Source: Pseudomonadota bacterium (GTDB taxonomy: Bacteria; Pseudomonadota; Gammaproteobacteria; Xanthomonadales; Xanthomonadaceae). From it: a DNA stretch of 64,000 bases. Within the stretch, counting starts at the first letter, position 1, and every line of letters starts with the position of its first letter. The notes beneath the pieces were generated by a model. The model was not told the DNA's origin. It worked only from the letters and a program-made list of their open reading frames with translations, and did not search any database. The position numbers and the translations under genes are program-made. Of this stretch, positions 29,552 to 39,587 are shown piece after piece. Location of the stretch: the NCBI GenBank assembly GCA_023386795.1, contig JAEWJB010000178.1, positions 1,269-65,268 on the forward strand. The letters run 5' to 3'.

Positions 29552-29562
29552 GGAGATGACCC

Positions 29563-29655
29563 ATGCCTGCCTGGCTTGCCTTCGTGTGCGGGCTCGCGGT
29601 GATCGTCACCGCGGCCTACCTGCTGTACGTCGTGCTGCGTCCGGAAGACTTCTGA
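29563..29655 (+). CDS. kdpF: Potassium-transporting ATPase subunit KdpF (30 aa; absent from the ORF track)
   Basis: ATG 29563 follows AGGAG. The product MPAWLAFVCGLAVIVTAAYLLYVVLRPEDF* is a single TM helix with the KdpF-like tail Y-x-x-L-x-P-E-x-F. It ends 10 nt before kdpA. Confidence 0.75.
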   Translation: MPAWLAFVCGLAVIVTAAYLLYVVLRPEDF

Positions 29656-29665
29656 GGACCCCGCC

Positions 29666-31384
29666 ATGACCGAAACCTTCCTCCTGTTTGCCGCCGCCAT
29701 TGCGCTCGGCTGGCCGCTGGGCCTTTACCTGGCGCGCGTGATGCGCGGGACGCCGATGCGCGGCGATGCCGTGTTCGGCCTGATCGAAAAGCCGATCTAC
29801 GCGCTGCTGGGCACCCGCCCGGAGCGCGGCATGAGCTGGCGCGGCTATGCGCTGGCGTTCCTGGCCAGCAACGCCGTCGTCGCCCTGCTGGTCTGGATCG
29901 TCTTCATGACCCAGGGCGTGCTGCCGCTCAACCCGGACCACGTGCCGAACCTGCGCTGGGACACCGCGCTGCATACCGCGATTTCGTTCCTCACCAACAC
30001 CAACCAGCAGCATTATTCCGGCCAGGCGCAGCTGTCGTATCTGGCACAGATGACCGGCATCGTCGGCCTGCAGGTGGTATCGCCGATGATGGGCCTGGCG
30101 CTCGTCGTGGCGACGCTGCGCGGGTTGATGGGCGGGCGCAAGGCGCCCGCCATCGCGGCTGAAACCGCTCCTGCCGTAGTTGCCAACGTCGTTGACGTTG
30201 GCAACTACTGGGCCGACGTGGTCCGCCCCACGCTCCGCTTCCTGTTGCCGTTGTGCCTGGTGTGGACGCTGCTGCTCACCTCGCAGGGCGTGCCTTCCAC
30301 CTTCGCTTCCGGCCCCACCGCCACGCCGGTGGATGCCAGTGCCGGCATGGCCGAGCAGAAGATTCCGCTGGGCCCGGTCGCGGCGATGGTCGCGGTCAAG
30401 CAACTCGGCTCCAACGGTGGCGGCTGGTACGGCCCGAACAGTGCCGTGCCGCTGGAGAACCCGACGCCGCTGTCGAACTTCCTGGAACTGCTGGCCATCG
30501 TGCTGATCCCGGTCAGCGTGGTGTTCATGGTCGGCGCGTTCACCGGCCGGCGACGCTTCACCGCGCTGATCTTCGGCAGCATGTTGTTGATGTCGGTGCT
30601 CTCCACCGGCGCATCGCTGTGGTCCGAAGGCCACTCGGCCAGCGCCGCCAGTCCCGCGCTGATGGAAGGCAAGGAAGTGCGCCTGGGCGTGGACAGCTCC
30701 GCGCTGTGGTCCTCGATCACCACGCAGGTCAACAACGGCTCGGTCAACGCCATGCATGACTCGCTCGCACCGCTCACCGGCGGCGTGGCGATGGTGAACA
30801 TGCTGGTCAACGCCATCTGGGGCGGGGTGGGCTGCGGCTTGCAGCAGTTCCTCGTCTACCTGCTGCTGAGCGTGTTCCTCGCCGGCCTGATGACCGGCCG
30901 CACGCCGGAGTTGTTCGGCCGCAAGATCGAGGCGGGCGAAGTGCGCCTGCTCGCGCTGCTGATCCTGCTGCAGCCGCTGGTGCTGCTCGGCTTCACCGCC
31001 GTCACGCTGGCCCTGCCGCAGTTCACCGGCAATTCCAATCCGGGCTTCCATGGCATCAGCCAGGTGTTCTACGAGTTCACCTCGGCGTTCGCCAACAACG
31101 GGTCCGGCTTCGAAGGCCTGGGCGATGCCACCTACTGGTGGAACCTGACCTGCGCACTGGTGCTGCTGCTGGGGCGGTTTCCTGCGCTGATCGTGCCGCT
31201 GGTGGTGGCCGCGCGCATGGCCGCCAAGCGCCAGGCGCCCGAATCGGGCGGCAGCCTGCGCATCGAAACGCCCACTTTCGCCCTGACCCTGGTCGCCGTC
31301 GTGCTCGTCCTCACCGTGCTGCAGTTCATGCCGGCACTGGTGCTGGGCCCGATCGCCGAGCACCTGACCCTGGCCGCGTCCTGA
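29666..31384 (+). CDS. kdpA: Potassium-transporting ATPase subunit A
   Basis: 572-aa polytopic protein. KdpA selectivity-filter-like motifs are present ([24 protein letters not shown]). Confidence 0.97.
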   Translation: MTETFLLFAAAIALGWPLGLYLARVMRGTPMRGDAVFGLIEKPIYALLGTRPERGMSWRGYALAFLASNAVVALLVWIVFMTQGVLPLNPDHVPNLRWDTALHTAISFLTNTNQQHYSGQAQLSYLAQMTGIVGLQVVSPMMGLALVVATLRGLMGGRKAPAIAAETAPAVVANVVDVGNYWADVVRPTLRFLLPLCLVWTLLLTSQGVPSTFASGPTATPVDASAGMAEQKIPLGPVAAMVAVKQLGSNGGGWYGPNSAVPLENPTPLSNFLELLAIVLIPVSVVFMVGAFTGRRRFTALIFGSMLLMSVLSTGASLWSEGHSASAASPALMEGKEVRLGVDSSALWSSITTQVNNGSVNAMHDSLAPLTGGVAMVNMLVNAIWGGVGCGLQQFLVYLLLSVFLAGLMTGRTPELFGRKIEAGEVRLLALLILLQPLVLLGFTAVTLALPQFTGNSNPGFHGISQVFYEFTSAFANNGSGFEGLGDATYWWNLTCALVLLLGRFPALIVPLVVAARMAAKRQAPESGGSLRIETPTFALTLVAVVLVLTVLQFMPALVLGPIAEHLTLAAS

Positions 31385-31389
31385 AGAGA

Positions 31390-33444
31390 ATGCCCATGAG
31401 TACCCTACCTTCGATCGAAAAGCGCCAGCGCACCGAGGCCGCGTTGTTCGACGCCGCCACGCTGCGCTCGGCCCTGCGCGATGCCTTCCTCAAGCTCTCT
31501 CCGCGTCACCTGTGGCACAGCCCGGTGATGGCGGTGGTGATGATCGGCACGCTGTTGTCCGCCCTGATCACCGCGACCGGCCATGCCTCGCCCGGCTTTG
31601 GCGGGACGGTGACGGCCATCCTGTTCGTCACCGTGCTGTTCGGCAACTTCGCCGAGGCGGTCGCCGAAGCGCGCGGCCGTGGTCAGGCGGCCTCCCTGCG
31701 CCGCGCTCGCAAGGACCTGGTCGCGCGCCGCGTGGACAGCGACCTGGGTGGCCGCGAAACCCGCGTTCCGGCGGCCGAATTGGGCCCGGGCGACCACGTG
31801 ATCGTGTCCGAAGGCGAGTTCATTCCCGCCGATGGCGAGATCGTGCGTGGCCTGGCCACCATCAACGAGGCGGCCGTCACCGGCGAGTCGGCGCCGGTGC
31901 TGCGCGAAGCCGGGACCGACCGCAGCGGCGTCATCGGCGGCACGCGCGTGCTATCCGACGAGATCATTTTCCGGGTCACCGCCGAGCCCGGCCACAGCTT
32001 CCTGGACCGCATGATCGCGCTGGTGGAAGGCGCCAATCGCCAGAAGACGCCGAACGAGATCGCGCTGACGCTGCTGCTGGCGGCGATGACGCTGACGTTC
32101 CTGATCGTGGTGGCCACGCTGCCGGCGATGGCCGGGTTCGTCGGCGTGAAGCTCGATCCGCTGTTGTTGATCGCGCTGCTGGTGTGCCTGATCCCGACCA
32201 CCATTGGCGGCCTGCTGCCGGCCATCGGCATCGCCGGCATGAACCGCGCGCTGGCCGCCAACGTGCTCGCCAAGTCGGGCAAGGCGGTGGAAGTGGCCGG
32301 CGACGTGGACGTGCTGCTGCTCGACAAGACCGGCACCATCACCCACGGCGACCGCCAGGCCACCGCGTTCCATCCACTGGCCGGCATCGACCGCGCGCAG
32401 CTGCGCGATGCGGCCATGCTCGCCTCGCTCGCCGACCCGACGCCGGAAGGCAAGTCCATCGTGCGCCTGGCGCGCGAGCAAGGGGCTGCCGCGGTCGAAC
32501 CGGCGAACGCGCACTTCATCGCGTTCACTGCGCAGACCCGCATGTCCGGCGTGGACGTGGACGGCCGGCACATCCGCAAGGGTGCCGGCGATTCCATCGG
32601 CGCGTGGGTGCAGGGCAACGGCGGTCTCGTCAGCCCCGAACTGGCCGGGCGCATCGAGGAAGTCGCGCGCGGCGGCGCCACGCCGCTGGTGGTGGCCGAG
32701 GGCCGGCATGCGCTGGGCGTGGTCGAGCTGTCGGACGTGGTCAAGCACGGCATCAAGGAGAAATTCGCCCGCCTGCGTGCCATGGGGATCAAGACGGTGA
32801 TGATCACCGGCGACAACCCGCTTACCGCCGCGGCCATCGCCGCCGAGGCGGGGGTGGACGACTACATCGCCCAGGCTCGCCCGGAAGACAAGCTGGCGCG
32901 CATCCGCGCCGAACAGGCTGGCGGCCGGTTGGTCGCGATGGTCGGCGATGGCACCAACGACGCGCCGGCGCTGGCGCAGGCCGACGTGGGCCTGGCGATG
33001 AACTCGGGCACGCAGGCGGCCAAGGAAGCGGGCAACATGGTCGACCTGGACAGCGACCCCGCCAAGCTGCTCTCGGTGGTGGAGGTGGGCAAGCAGCAGC
33101 TCATCACCCGTGGCGCGCTGACCACCTTCTCGCTGGCCAACGACGTCTCGAAGTACTTCGCCATCCTGCCGGCCCTGTTCGCCGCGGCGATTCCCTCGAT
33201 GGCCGCGCTCAACGTCATGCAGCTGTCCAGCCCGCGCAACGCCGTGCTGGCGGCGCTGGTGTTCAACGCCGTCATCATTCCCGCGCTGATCCCGCTGGCG
33301 CTGCGCGGCGTGCGCTTCAAGCCCGCCGGCGCGACCGCGCTGCTGCGCCGGAACATGCTCGTCTACGGCGTGGGCGGCGTGTTGCTGCCGTTCGCCGCCA
33401 TCAAGCTGATCGACATGGCGATTGCCGCCATGGCAGGTATCTGA
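31390..33444 (+). CDS. kdpB: Potassium-transporting ATPase subunit B (P-type ATPase)
   Basis: P-type ATPase motifs [16 protein letters not shown] and [12 protein letters not shown] are present. The N-terminus ...[29 protein letters not shown] is KdpB-like. Confidence 0.97.
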   Translation: MPMSTLPSIEKRQRTEAALFDAATLRSALRDAFLKLSPRHLWHSPVMAVVMIGTLLSALITATGHASPGFGGTVTAILFVTVLFGNFAEAVAEARGRGQAASLRRARKDLVARRVDSDLGGRETRVPAAELGPGDHVIVSEGEFIPADGEIVRGLATINEAAVTGESAPVLREAGTDRSGVIGGTRVLSDEIIFRVTAEPGHSFLDRMIALVEGANRQKTPNEIALTLLLAAMTLTFLIVVATLPAMAGFVGVKLDPLLLIALLVCLIPTTIGGLLPAIGIAGMNRALAANVLAKSGKAVEVAGDVDVLLLDKTGTITHGDRQATAFHPLAGIDRAQLRDAAMLASLADPTPEGKSIVRLAREQGAAAVEPANAHFIAFTAQTRMSGVDVDGRHIRKGAGDSIGAWVQGNGGLVSPELAGRIEEVARGGATPLVVAEGRHALGVVELSDVVKHGIKEKFARLRAMGIKTVMITGDNPLTAAAIAAEAGVDDYIAQARPEDKLARIRAEQAGGRLVAMVGDGTNDAPALAQADVGLAMNSGTQAAKEAGNMVDLDSDPAKLLSVVEVGKQQLITRGALTTFSLANDVSKYFAILPALFAAAIPSMAALNVMQLSSPRNAVLAALVFNAVIIPALIPLALRGVRFKPAGATALLRRNMLVYGVGGVLLPFAAIKLIDMAIAAMAGI

Positions 33445-33454
33445 GGAATTCATC

Positions 33455-34066
33455 ATGCAGAAAGTCATTTCCGCACCGCGCATGGCGGAGGCCACGTTGC
33501 ACGACGGCGGCGCCTGGCGCGCATCGTTCGCGTTGGCGCTGGTCACCTTGCTCGGCTTCGGCTTCGCCTATTCGGCAGCGGGTACGCTCGTCGCCGGCGC
33601 CGTGTTCCCGGCGCAAGCCGCCGGTTCGCTGGTCCAGGAGCGCGGCCGCGTCATCGGTTCGGCCCTGGTCGCCCAGCCTTTCAGCGACGCACGCTACTTC
33701 CAGCCGCGTCCTTCGGCCGCCAAGTACGACCCGATGTCCGCCGCCGGCAGCAACCAGGCGCGCTCCAACCCGGAGCTGATCGAGCGCATCGACCAGACGC
33801 GCGCCGCGGTCGCCAAGCGCGAGGGCATTGATCCCGCGCAGGTGCCTTCGGACCTGCTGACCCAGTCCGGCAGCGGCCTGGACCCCGACATCACGCCGGC
33901 CGCGGCCGCGTTGCAGGTGCGCCGCGTCGCGGCCGCCCGCGGCCTGCCCGAAGCGCGGGTAGCCGAACTGCTGCGCCAGCATGTGCAGCCGCGCCAGTTC
34001 GGCGTGTTCGGGCAGCCGCGGGTGAACGTCCTGCAGCTCAACCTGGCGCTGGACCAGTGGCGATGA
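33455..34066 (+). CDS. kdpC: Potassium-transporting ATPase subunit C
   Basis: ATG 33455 follows GAGGA. It has a single TM segment and the motifs GSLV...GSALV.QPF, YFQPRPSA, SGSGLDP.ITP. Confidence 0.93.
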   Translation: MQKVISAPRMAEATLHDGGAWRASFALALVTLLGFGFAYSAAGTLVAGAVFPAQAAGSLVQERGRVIGSALVAQPFSDARYFQPRPSAAKYDPMSAAGSNQARSNPELIERIDQTRAAVAKREGIDPAQVPSDLLTQSGSGLDPDITPAAAALQVRRVAAARGLPEARVAELLRQHVQPRQFGVFGQPRVNVLQLNLALDQWR

Positions 34067-34112
34067 GGGTGACCCTCGCCGGCTTGCCCGGCGCTGGGCC
34101 ACAATCGCCGGC

Positions 34113-36776
34113 ATGAGCGACGCGCGCACGCAACAGGCCGATGCCCTCATCGGCGAACTGCAACGCGAACACGGTGGCCGGCTCACCGTGTTCCTCGGCG
34201 CCGCGCCCGGCGTGGGCAAGACCTACGCGATGCTGTCGCGGGCGCGCGAGCGCCTGCGGCAGGGCGTGGACGTGGTGGCCGGCATCGTCGAGACGCATGG
34301 CCGCAGCGAGACCGTCGCGCTGCTGGAGGGGCTGCCGATATTGCCGCGCCAGCGCATCGAGTACCGCGGGCGCACGCTGGAGGAACTGGATCTCGACGCG
34401 TTGCTGGCACGCCGCCCGCAACTGGCGCTGGTCGACGAACTCGCCCACCGCAACGCCCCCGGCAGCCGCCACGAGCGTCGCTGGCAGGACGTGATCGAAC
34501 TGCTCGACGCCGGCATCGACGTCTACACCACGGTCAACATCCAGCACCTGGAAAGCCTCAACGACGTGGTGCTGCGCATCACCGGCGTGCGTGTCTCCGA
34601 AACCGTGCCCGACGCGGTATTCGACCGCCTGCGCGACATCGTGCTGGTCGACCTGCCGCCGCGTGAACTCATCGAGCGCCTGCAGCAGGGCAAGGTCTAC
34701 CTGCCCGAGCAGGCCACGCAGGCGTTGCAGGCCTTCTTCTCGCCTTCCAACCTCGCCGCGCTGCGCGAACTGGCGATGCAGACCGCCGCCGATCGCGTGG
34801 ACAGCGACCTGCGCGATGCGCAGACCGCGCGCGGCCTGCCCGGCACCGCCGCGCTGCGCAGGCGCGTGGTGGTGGCCATCGACGGCCGCGGCAGTTCGGA
34901 TTACCTCGTGCGCGTCGCGCGCCGCCTTTCCGAACGCCGAGACGCGCCATGGACGGTGGTGACGGTGCAGACGCGCACGGTGATGGATGCCGCCTGGCAG
35001 CTGGAGATCGATCGCGCCTTCGCACTGGCGCGTCGGCTGGGCGGTGACACCGCATTGCTGCACGGAAGCAACATCGCCGACGCGCTGCTGGACTTCGCCG
35101 CGCAGAGCGGCACGTCCACGCTGGTGCTTGGCCGCACGCGCGAGCGCCCGCTGGCCCGCATGTTCAACCGCACGCTGACCCAGCGCCTGCTCCAGCGTGG
35201 GGCGCACTATGAACTCGTCATCGTCAGCTCGGCCGATGCGCGCGCACGTTCGCGCCGGCAATCGCGCCAGCCGATGCGCTGGTTGCGCCGCTACGACCTG
35301 GCGTACGCGCTGGTCACCGCCGCCGCGGCAGTCGGCGTGGCGTGGCTGCTGCAGCGCTGGACCGATATCGACGACCTGTCGATGGTGTTCATCGTGGCGG
35401 TGGTGCTGGTGGCCTCGCGCACGCGCATGGTGGCCGCGGTGCTGGCGGCGCTGCTGAGTTTCCTGGCCTACAACTTCTTTTTCATCGAGCCGCGCTTCAC
35501 CTTCAACATCAGCGCGCGACAGGGCGTGGTGACGGTCATCCTGTTCCTCATCGCCGCCCTAGTGGCGGGGCGGCTGGCCTCGCGCTTGCGCATGCAGGTG
35601 CTGGCGTTGCGCGCGGCCAACACGCACGCCAATGCGCTGCAGGCGCTTGGCCGCCAGCTGAGCACCGCGGCCGACCTGGGCGAAGTGGTGGAGGCGGGGC
35701 GGCGCGCCCTGGCCACCGCGCTGGGCGTGGAGGCGTGGCTGCGGCTGGAACAGCGCGAGAGCGAGGGCGCGATGGTGTTGTCCGCGTTGGACCGCAGCGC
35801 CGCCGATTGGGCGCAACGGCACGGCCAGCCGGCCGGTCGTTTCACCGACACGCTGGCCGGCGCCGATTGCTGGTGCCTGCCGGTACAGCACGAGCGCGGC
35901 ACGCTCGGGGTGGTGGCGCTGCGCTTCGATGCCTCCGTGCAGCGCCCGGCGCTGGAGCAGCGGCGCTTGGCCGAGGCGATGGTGGAGGACATCGGCCAGG
36001 CCGCGCTGCGCACGCGGCTGGTGGCCGACCTGCAAAGCGCGCGCGTCAGCGGGGAGACCGAGCGGCTGCGCTCGGCGTTGCTTTCTTCGGTTTCCCATGA
36101 CCTGCGCTCGCCGCTGGCCTCGATGATCGGCTCGGCGTCCAGCCTGGCGAGCTACGGCGAGGCGATGGACGCGCAGGACCGGCGCAGCCTGCTCGACACC
36201 ATCCAGCTGGAAGGCGAGCGCCTGGACCGCTATATCCAGAACCTGCTCGACATGACCCGGCTCGGCCACGCCGGGCTGAGCCTCAACCGCGACTGGATCG
36301 GCGTGGACGAACTGATCGGTTCGGCCACGCGGCGCCTGCAGCGCTACCAGCCGGAGGTGAAGCTGGACCTGCACGTCGCGCCCGGGCTGGCGCCGATCTG
36401 GGTACACCCGGCGCTGGTGGAACAGGCGATCTTCAACGTGCTGGAAAACGCGGCGAAATTCTCACCGCCGGGCGAGCCGGTACGCGTATCGGCGGCGCTG
36501 CACGAGGGCGCGCTGCGCATCGACATCAGCGATCGCGGCCCCGGCATCCCGGAGGACGAGCGCGCACGCATCTTCGACATGTTCTACAGCGTGGAGCGCG
36601 GCGACCGCGGCCGCCATGGCACCGGCCTGGGGCTGACGATCTGCCAGGGCATGATCGGCGCACACGGCGGCAGCGTGGAGGCGCTGGCCGGCGCCGATGG
36701 CCGTGGCACCACCATCCGCATTACGCTCCCGCTGCTGGAGCCGCCGCCTCGGCCGTCCCGGCCGCCCGCAGACTGA
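34113..36776 (+). CDS. kdpD: Sensor histidine kinase KdpD
   Basis: 887 aa. It has an N-terminal KdpD domain with a Walker A motif (GAAPGVGKTY), a Usp-like region, four TM helices, an H-box (SSVSHDLRSPL) and an ATPase domain (GTGLGLTIC). Confidence 0.95.
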   Translation: MSDARTQQADALIGELQREHGGRLTVFLGAAPGVGKTYAMLSRARERLRQGVDVVAGIVETHGRSETVALLEGLPILPRQRIEYRGRTLEELDLDALLARRPQLALVDELAHRNAPGSRHERRWQDVIELLDAGIDVYTTVNIQHLESLNDVVLRITGVRVSETVPDAVFDRLRDIVLVDLPPRELIERLQQGKVYLPEQATQALQAFFSPSNLAALRELAMQTAADRVDSDLRDAQTARGLPGTAALRRRVVVAIDGRGSSDYLVRVARRLSERRDAPWTVVTVQTRTVMDAAWQLEIDRAFALARRLGGDTALLHGSNIADALLDFAAQSGTSTLVLGRTRERPLARMFNRTLTQRLLQRGAHYELVIVSSADARARSRRQSRQPMRWLRRYDLAYALVTAAAAVGVAWLLQRWTDIDDLSMVFIVAVVLVASRTRMVAAVLAALLSFLAYNFFFIEPRFTFNISARQGVVTVILFLIAALVAGRLASRLRMQVLALRAANTHANALQALGRQLSTAADLGEVVEAGRRALATALGVEAWLRLEQRESEGAMVLSALDRSAADWAQRHGQPAGRFTDTLAGADCWCLPVQHERGTLGVVALRFDASVQRPALEQRRLAEAMVEDIGQAALRTRLVADLQSARVSGETERLRSALLSSVSHDLRSPLASMIGSASSLASYGEAMDAQDRRSLLDTIQLEGERLDRYIQNLLDMTRLGHAGLSLNRDWIGVDELIGSATRRLQRYQPEVKLDLHVAPGLAPIWVHPALVEQAIFNVLENAAKFSPPGEPVRVSAALHEGALRIDISDRGPGIPEDERARIFDMFYSVERGDRGRHGTGLGLTICQGMIGAHGGSVEALAGADGRGTTIRITLPLLEPPPRPSRPPAD

Positions 36777-36791
36777 GAAGCCGCCACGCCC

Positions 36792-37508
36792 GTGTCCCAA
36801 GACGCCGCCATCGCCCCGCCGCCGCGCGTACTCATCATCGACGACGAGCCGCAGATCCGTCGCTTCCTCGACATCAGCCTGCGCGCGCAGGGCTATCGCG
36901 TGCTGCAGGCGGGCACGGCGGCCGAGGGGCTGGCCGAACTGGCCACGCATGGCGCCGACCTGGTGGTGCTTGACCTCGGCCTGCCGGACCGCGACGGCCA
37001 CGAGGTGCTGCGCGAACTGCGGCAATGGTCGGCGGTGCCGGTGATCATGCTGACCGTGCGCGCGGGCGAAGCGGAGAAGGTCGCCGCGCTGGATGGCGGC
37101 GCGAATGATTACGTCACCAAGCCGTTCGGCGTGCAGGAACTGATGGCGCGCATCCGCGTGCTGCTGCGGCAGTCCGGCGGGGCGACACCGGAGGAGATCG
37201 TGTTCGACGATGGCCGGCTGCACGTGAACCTCGCGCTGCGCGAGGTGACGCTGGACGGCGAGCCGGCGGGCTTGAGCCGCAAGGAGTACGCGCTGCTGGC
37301 GCTGCTGATGCGGCATGCCGGGCGCGTGGTCACGCAGCCGCAGCTGCTGCGCGAACTGTGGGGGCCGACGCACGAGGAAGATACGCATTACCTGCGCATC
37401 CTGGTGGGCAAGCTGCGGCAGAAATTGCACGACGATGCGGCGGCGCCGCGCTACATCGTCACCGAGCCGGGGGTGGGGTTGCGCTTCATTGGGCAGGGGC
37501 GCGGGTAG
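36792..37508 (+). CDS. kdpE: Response regulator KdpE (OmpR family)
   Basis: The start is GTG. The receiver domain (VLIIDDEPQIRRFL...DLVVLDLGLPDRDG) is followed by a winged-helix domain (LSRKEYALLALLMRHAGRVVTQPQLLRELWG...GVGLRF). Confidence 0.93.
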   Translation: MSQDAAIAPPPRVLIIDDEPQIRRFLDISLRAQGYRVLQAGTAAEGLAELATHGADLVVLDLGLPDRDGHEVLRELRQWSAVPVIMLTVRAGEAEKVAALDGGANDYVTKPFGVQELMARIRVLLRQSGGATPEEIVFDDGRLHVNLALREVTLDGEPAGLSRKEYALLALLMRHAGRVVTQPQLLRELWGPTHEEDTHYLRILVGKLRQKLHDDAAAPRYIVTEPGVGLRFIGQGRG

Positions 37509-37538
37509 GCGCACTTTCTTCGGCGATATCGCGGCGCT

Positions 37539-37566
37539 TCGTCGCGGCTAAAGCCGCTCCTACAGG
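37539..37566. repeat. REP-like unit, inverted orientation (TCGTCGCGGCTAAAGCCGCTCCTACAGG)
   Basis: It is the reverse complement of the TGTAGGAGCGGCTTTAGCCGCGA core, related to the unit at 18928-18951. It lies between convergent kdpE and the FAD oxidase gene. Confidence 0.5.
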
Positions 37567-37618
37567 AAGGGATAGCGCCTGCGGAGGGTAGAAGGCGCAA
37601 TGCACCGCGCGCTTCACC

Positions 37619-37641
37619 TGCAGGAGGGGCTTCAGCCCCGG
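37619..37641. repeat. REP-like unit, forward orientation (TGCAGGAGGGGCTTCAGCCCCGG)
   Basis: It has the same architecture (AGGAG + GC stem + TTCA loop + GC stem). Together with 37539-37566 it forms an inverted pair about 50 bp apart. Confidence 0.45.
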
Positions 37642-37647
37642 CAGCCC

Positions 37648-39036
37648 TCACCCGTTGAGCGGCGGCAACACCTTTCCCGGGTTGAGAATCCCCGCCGGGT
37701 CCAGGGCCGCCTTCACTGCCCGCATCGCCGCCAGCGTGGCCGCATCGAATGCCTGCGTCATGAAGTCACGCTTGGCCACGCCGATGCCATGTTCGCCCGA
37801 CAGCGTGCCGCCCAACGCCAGCACGGTCTCGAAGATCTTAGGCATCGCCGCCTTCGCGCGCGCGGTCTGCGCCGTGTCGGCGTCGTTGTACATGATGTTG
37901 ACGTGCAGGTTGCCGTTGCCGGCATGGCCGAAACACACGATAGGCAGATCCGCCTGCGCCGACAGCGCTTCCATCGCCGACACCAGGTCCGGGATACGCG
38001 ACACCGGCACCACCACGTCCTCGTTGATCTTGCCCGGCTTGATCGTGCGCAGCGCCGGCGAGAGCGCCTTGCGCGCGGCCCACAGCCGGTCGCGCGCCAC
38101 GCCGTCGGCGGCGACATCCAGCGACAGCATGCCGTCGCCTTCGGCTGCATCGGCCAGCGATTGCAGCGCGTAGGGCAGGGTGTCCTCGTCGCCATCGGCT
38201 TCGATCAGCAGCATCGCGCCGGCTTCGGGCACGTCGCTGCCGTTGTGGCGCAGCAGGGCGATGGCATGCGCGTCCATGAACTCCAGCATCGCCGGCACCA
38301 CCGGTTGCGCCATCACGCGCGATACCGCCGCCGCCGCGCTGCCCGCGTCGCGGTAGAACGCGCGCAGGCCCGCCTGCGCGCCCGGGCGCGGCGTCAGCTT
38401 CAGCGTGGCTTCCACGATCAACGCCAGCGTGCCTTCGCTGCCGACGATCAGGTGGGTGAGGTCATAGCCGGTGGCGTCCTTCGTGTACGGGCCGCCGCAG
38501 CGGATGATCTCGCCGCCGCCGGTTACCGCCACCAGCCCGAGCACGTTGTCGCGGCTGGCACCGTATTTCACCGCGCGCGGGCCGCCCGCATTGGTGGCGA
38601 GGTTGCCCCCGACGCTGCACATCGCCGCACTGGAGGGGTCCGGCGGCCAGAACAGGCCGTGCGGTGCCAGTGCTTCCTGCAGGTCGCCGTTGAGCACGCC
38701 GGGCTGCACGACGGCGCAGCGGTCGGCGGCGCGGATCTCGACGATGCGATTCATGCGCGCGAACGAGAGCACGACCCCGCCGTTGAACGGCACCGCCGCG
38801 CCGGTGGTGGCGGTGCCCGCGCCGCGCGCGACCAGCGCCACGCGATGCGCGGCGCAGGCGCGCACGAGCGCGGCCACGTCCTCGGCATCGCGCGGGAACG
38901 CCACCGCGTCGGGGAGCGCGAAGCGGCGCGAATCGTCCTGGCCGTGTGCCTGGCGGGTGGGTTCGTCGGTGCGCCAGCGCTCCGGGCCGAGCAGGGCGGA
39001 GACGGCGTCGAGGAAAGCGGCGGGCAGCGTGGTCAT
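37648..39036 (-). CDS. FAD-binding oxidase of the GlcD / D-lactate (2-hydroxyacid) dehydrogenase family
   Basis: The start is taken at MTTLPAAFLDAV... (cat 39034-39036). The FAD-binding PCMH domain is present (VALVARGAGTATTGAAVP...), as is the C-terminal motif GTLSGEHGIGVAKRDFM. Confidence 0.85.
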   Translation of the reverse strand: MTTLPAAFLDAVSALLGPERWRTDEPTRQAHGQDDSRRFALPDAVAFPRDAEDVAALVRACAAHRVALVARGAGTATTGAAVPFNGGVVLSFARMNRIVEIRAADRCAVVQPGVLNGDLQEALAPHGLFWPPDPSSAAMCSVGGNLATNAGGPRAVKYGASRDNVLGLVAVTGGGEIIRCGGPYTKDATGYDLTHLIVGSEGTLALIVEATLKLTPRPGAQAGLRAFYRDAGSAAAAVSRVMAQPVVPAMLEFMDAHAIALLRHNGSDVPEAGAMLLIEADGDEDTLPYALQSLADAAEGDGMLSLDVAADGVARDRLWAARKALSPALRTIKPGKINEDVVVPVSRIPDLVSAMEALSAQADLPIVCFGHAGNGNLHVNIMYNDADTAQTARAKAAMPKIFETVLALGGTLSGEHGIGVAKRDFMTQAFDAATLAAMRAVKAALDPAGILNPGKVLPPLNG

Positions 39037-39040
39037 CGAC

Positions 39041-39583
39041 CTATTGTAGGTGCGTCGATCCGCGAGGCGTGGACTGTATCGCGCGCCAGCCAACCACCGC
39101 CAACGCTAGCGGCAGCCACACCCAGCGCAACTCGGAGAGCAGCGTGCCCAGCCCGCGTGCACTGAAAAAGCCCGCGCCGATGGGCGAGACGAGGATCGGC
39201 CGCCACGGCGCGAAGAAGCGCGTCTCGCGCCAAGGCCAGGCGAGTGCGACGCCGAGGCCGCCGGAGGTCATTGCATCGAGCAGGGGATGCGATGCCGCGC
39301 AGATGAATACCCAGGCACCCGCCTGCAAGGCGCCTGCGCGCAGTGGCCGATGCAGGCTTGCCGCCAGCAACGCGCACAACGCGGCGAACAGCAGTGAATG
39401 GCTGGCGCCGCGATGGCCGAAAGCGTCGGCGTAGGGAATGCGCAGGACAAAGGCGAGCACGTCGGCATCCGGTAGCATGGCCGCGACGATGCCGGCCGCG
39501 AGCAACCGCGGCGAAATGCGCCCGCGTTCGCTGGCTGCCCACAACGCGAGCGGCACGGCGGCATGGGTAAGGATCGAGGGCAT
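39041..39583 (-). CDS. YdjM-family membrane-bound metal-dependent hydrolase
   Basis: The start is taken at MPSILTHAAVPLAL. The motif LPDADV...FGHRGASHSLLFA is typical of YdjM (PF04307-like). Several hydrophobic segments are present. Confidence 0.75.
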   Translation of the reverse strand: MPSILTHAAVPLALWAASERGRISPRLLAAGIVAAMLPDADVLAFVLRIPYADAFGHRGASHSLLFAALCALLAASLHRPLRAGALQAGAWVFICAASHPLLDAMTSGGLGVALAWPWRETRFFAPWRPILVSPIGAGFFSARGLGTLLSELRWVWLPLALAVVGWRAIQSTPRGSTHLQ

Positions 39584-39587
39584 GGCG

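Noticed and set aside
39041-39075. A REP-like string, TGTAGGTGCGTCGATCCGCGAGG, at the 3' end of the YdjM-like gene.
   Set aside because: It has only a weak internal palindrome, lies inside coding sequence (encoding ...PRGSTHLQ*), and does not match the AGGAG-stem-loop-stem core of the other three units.
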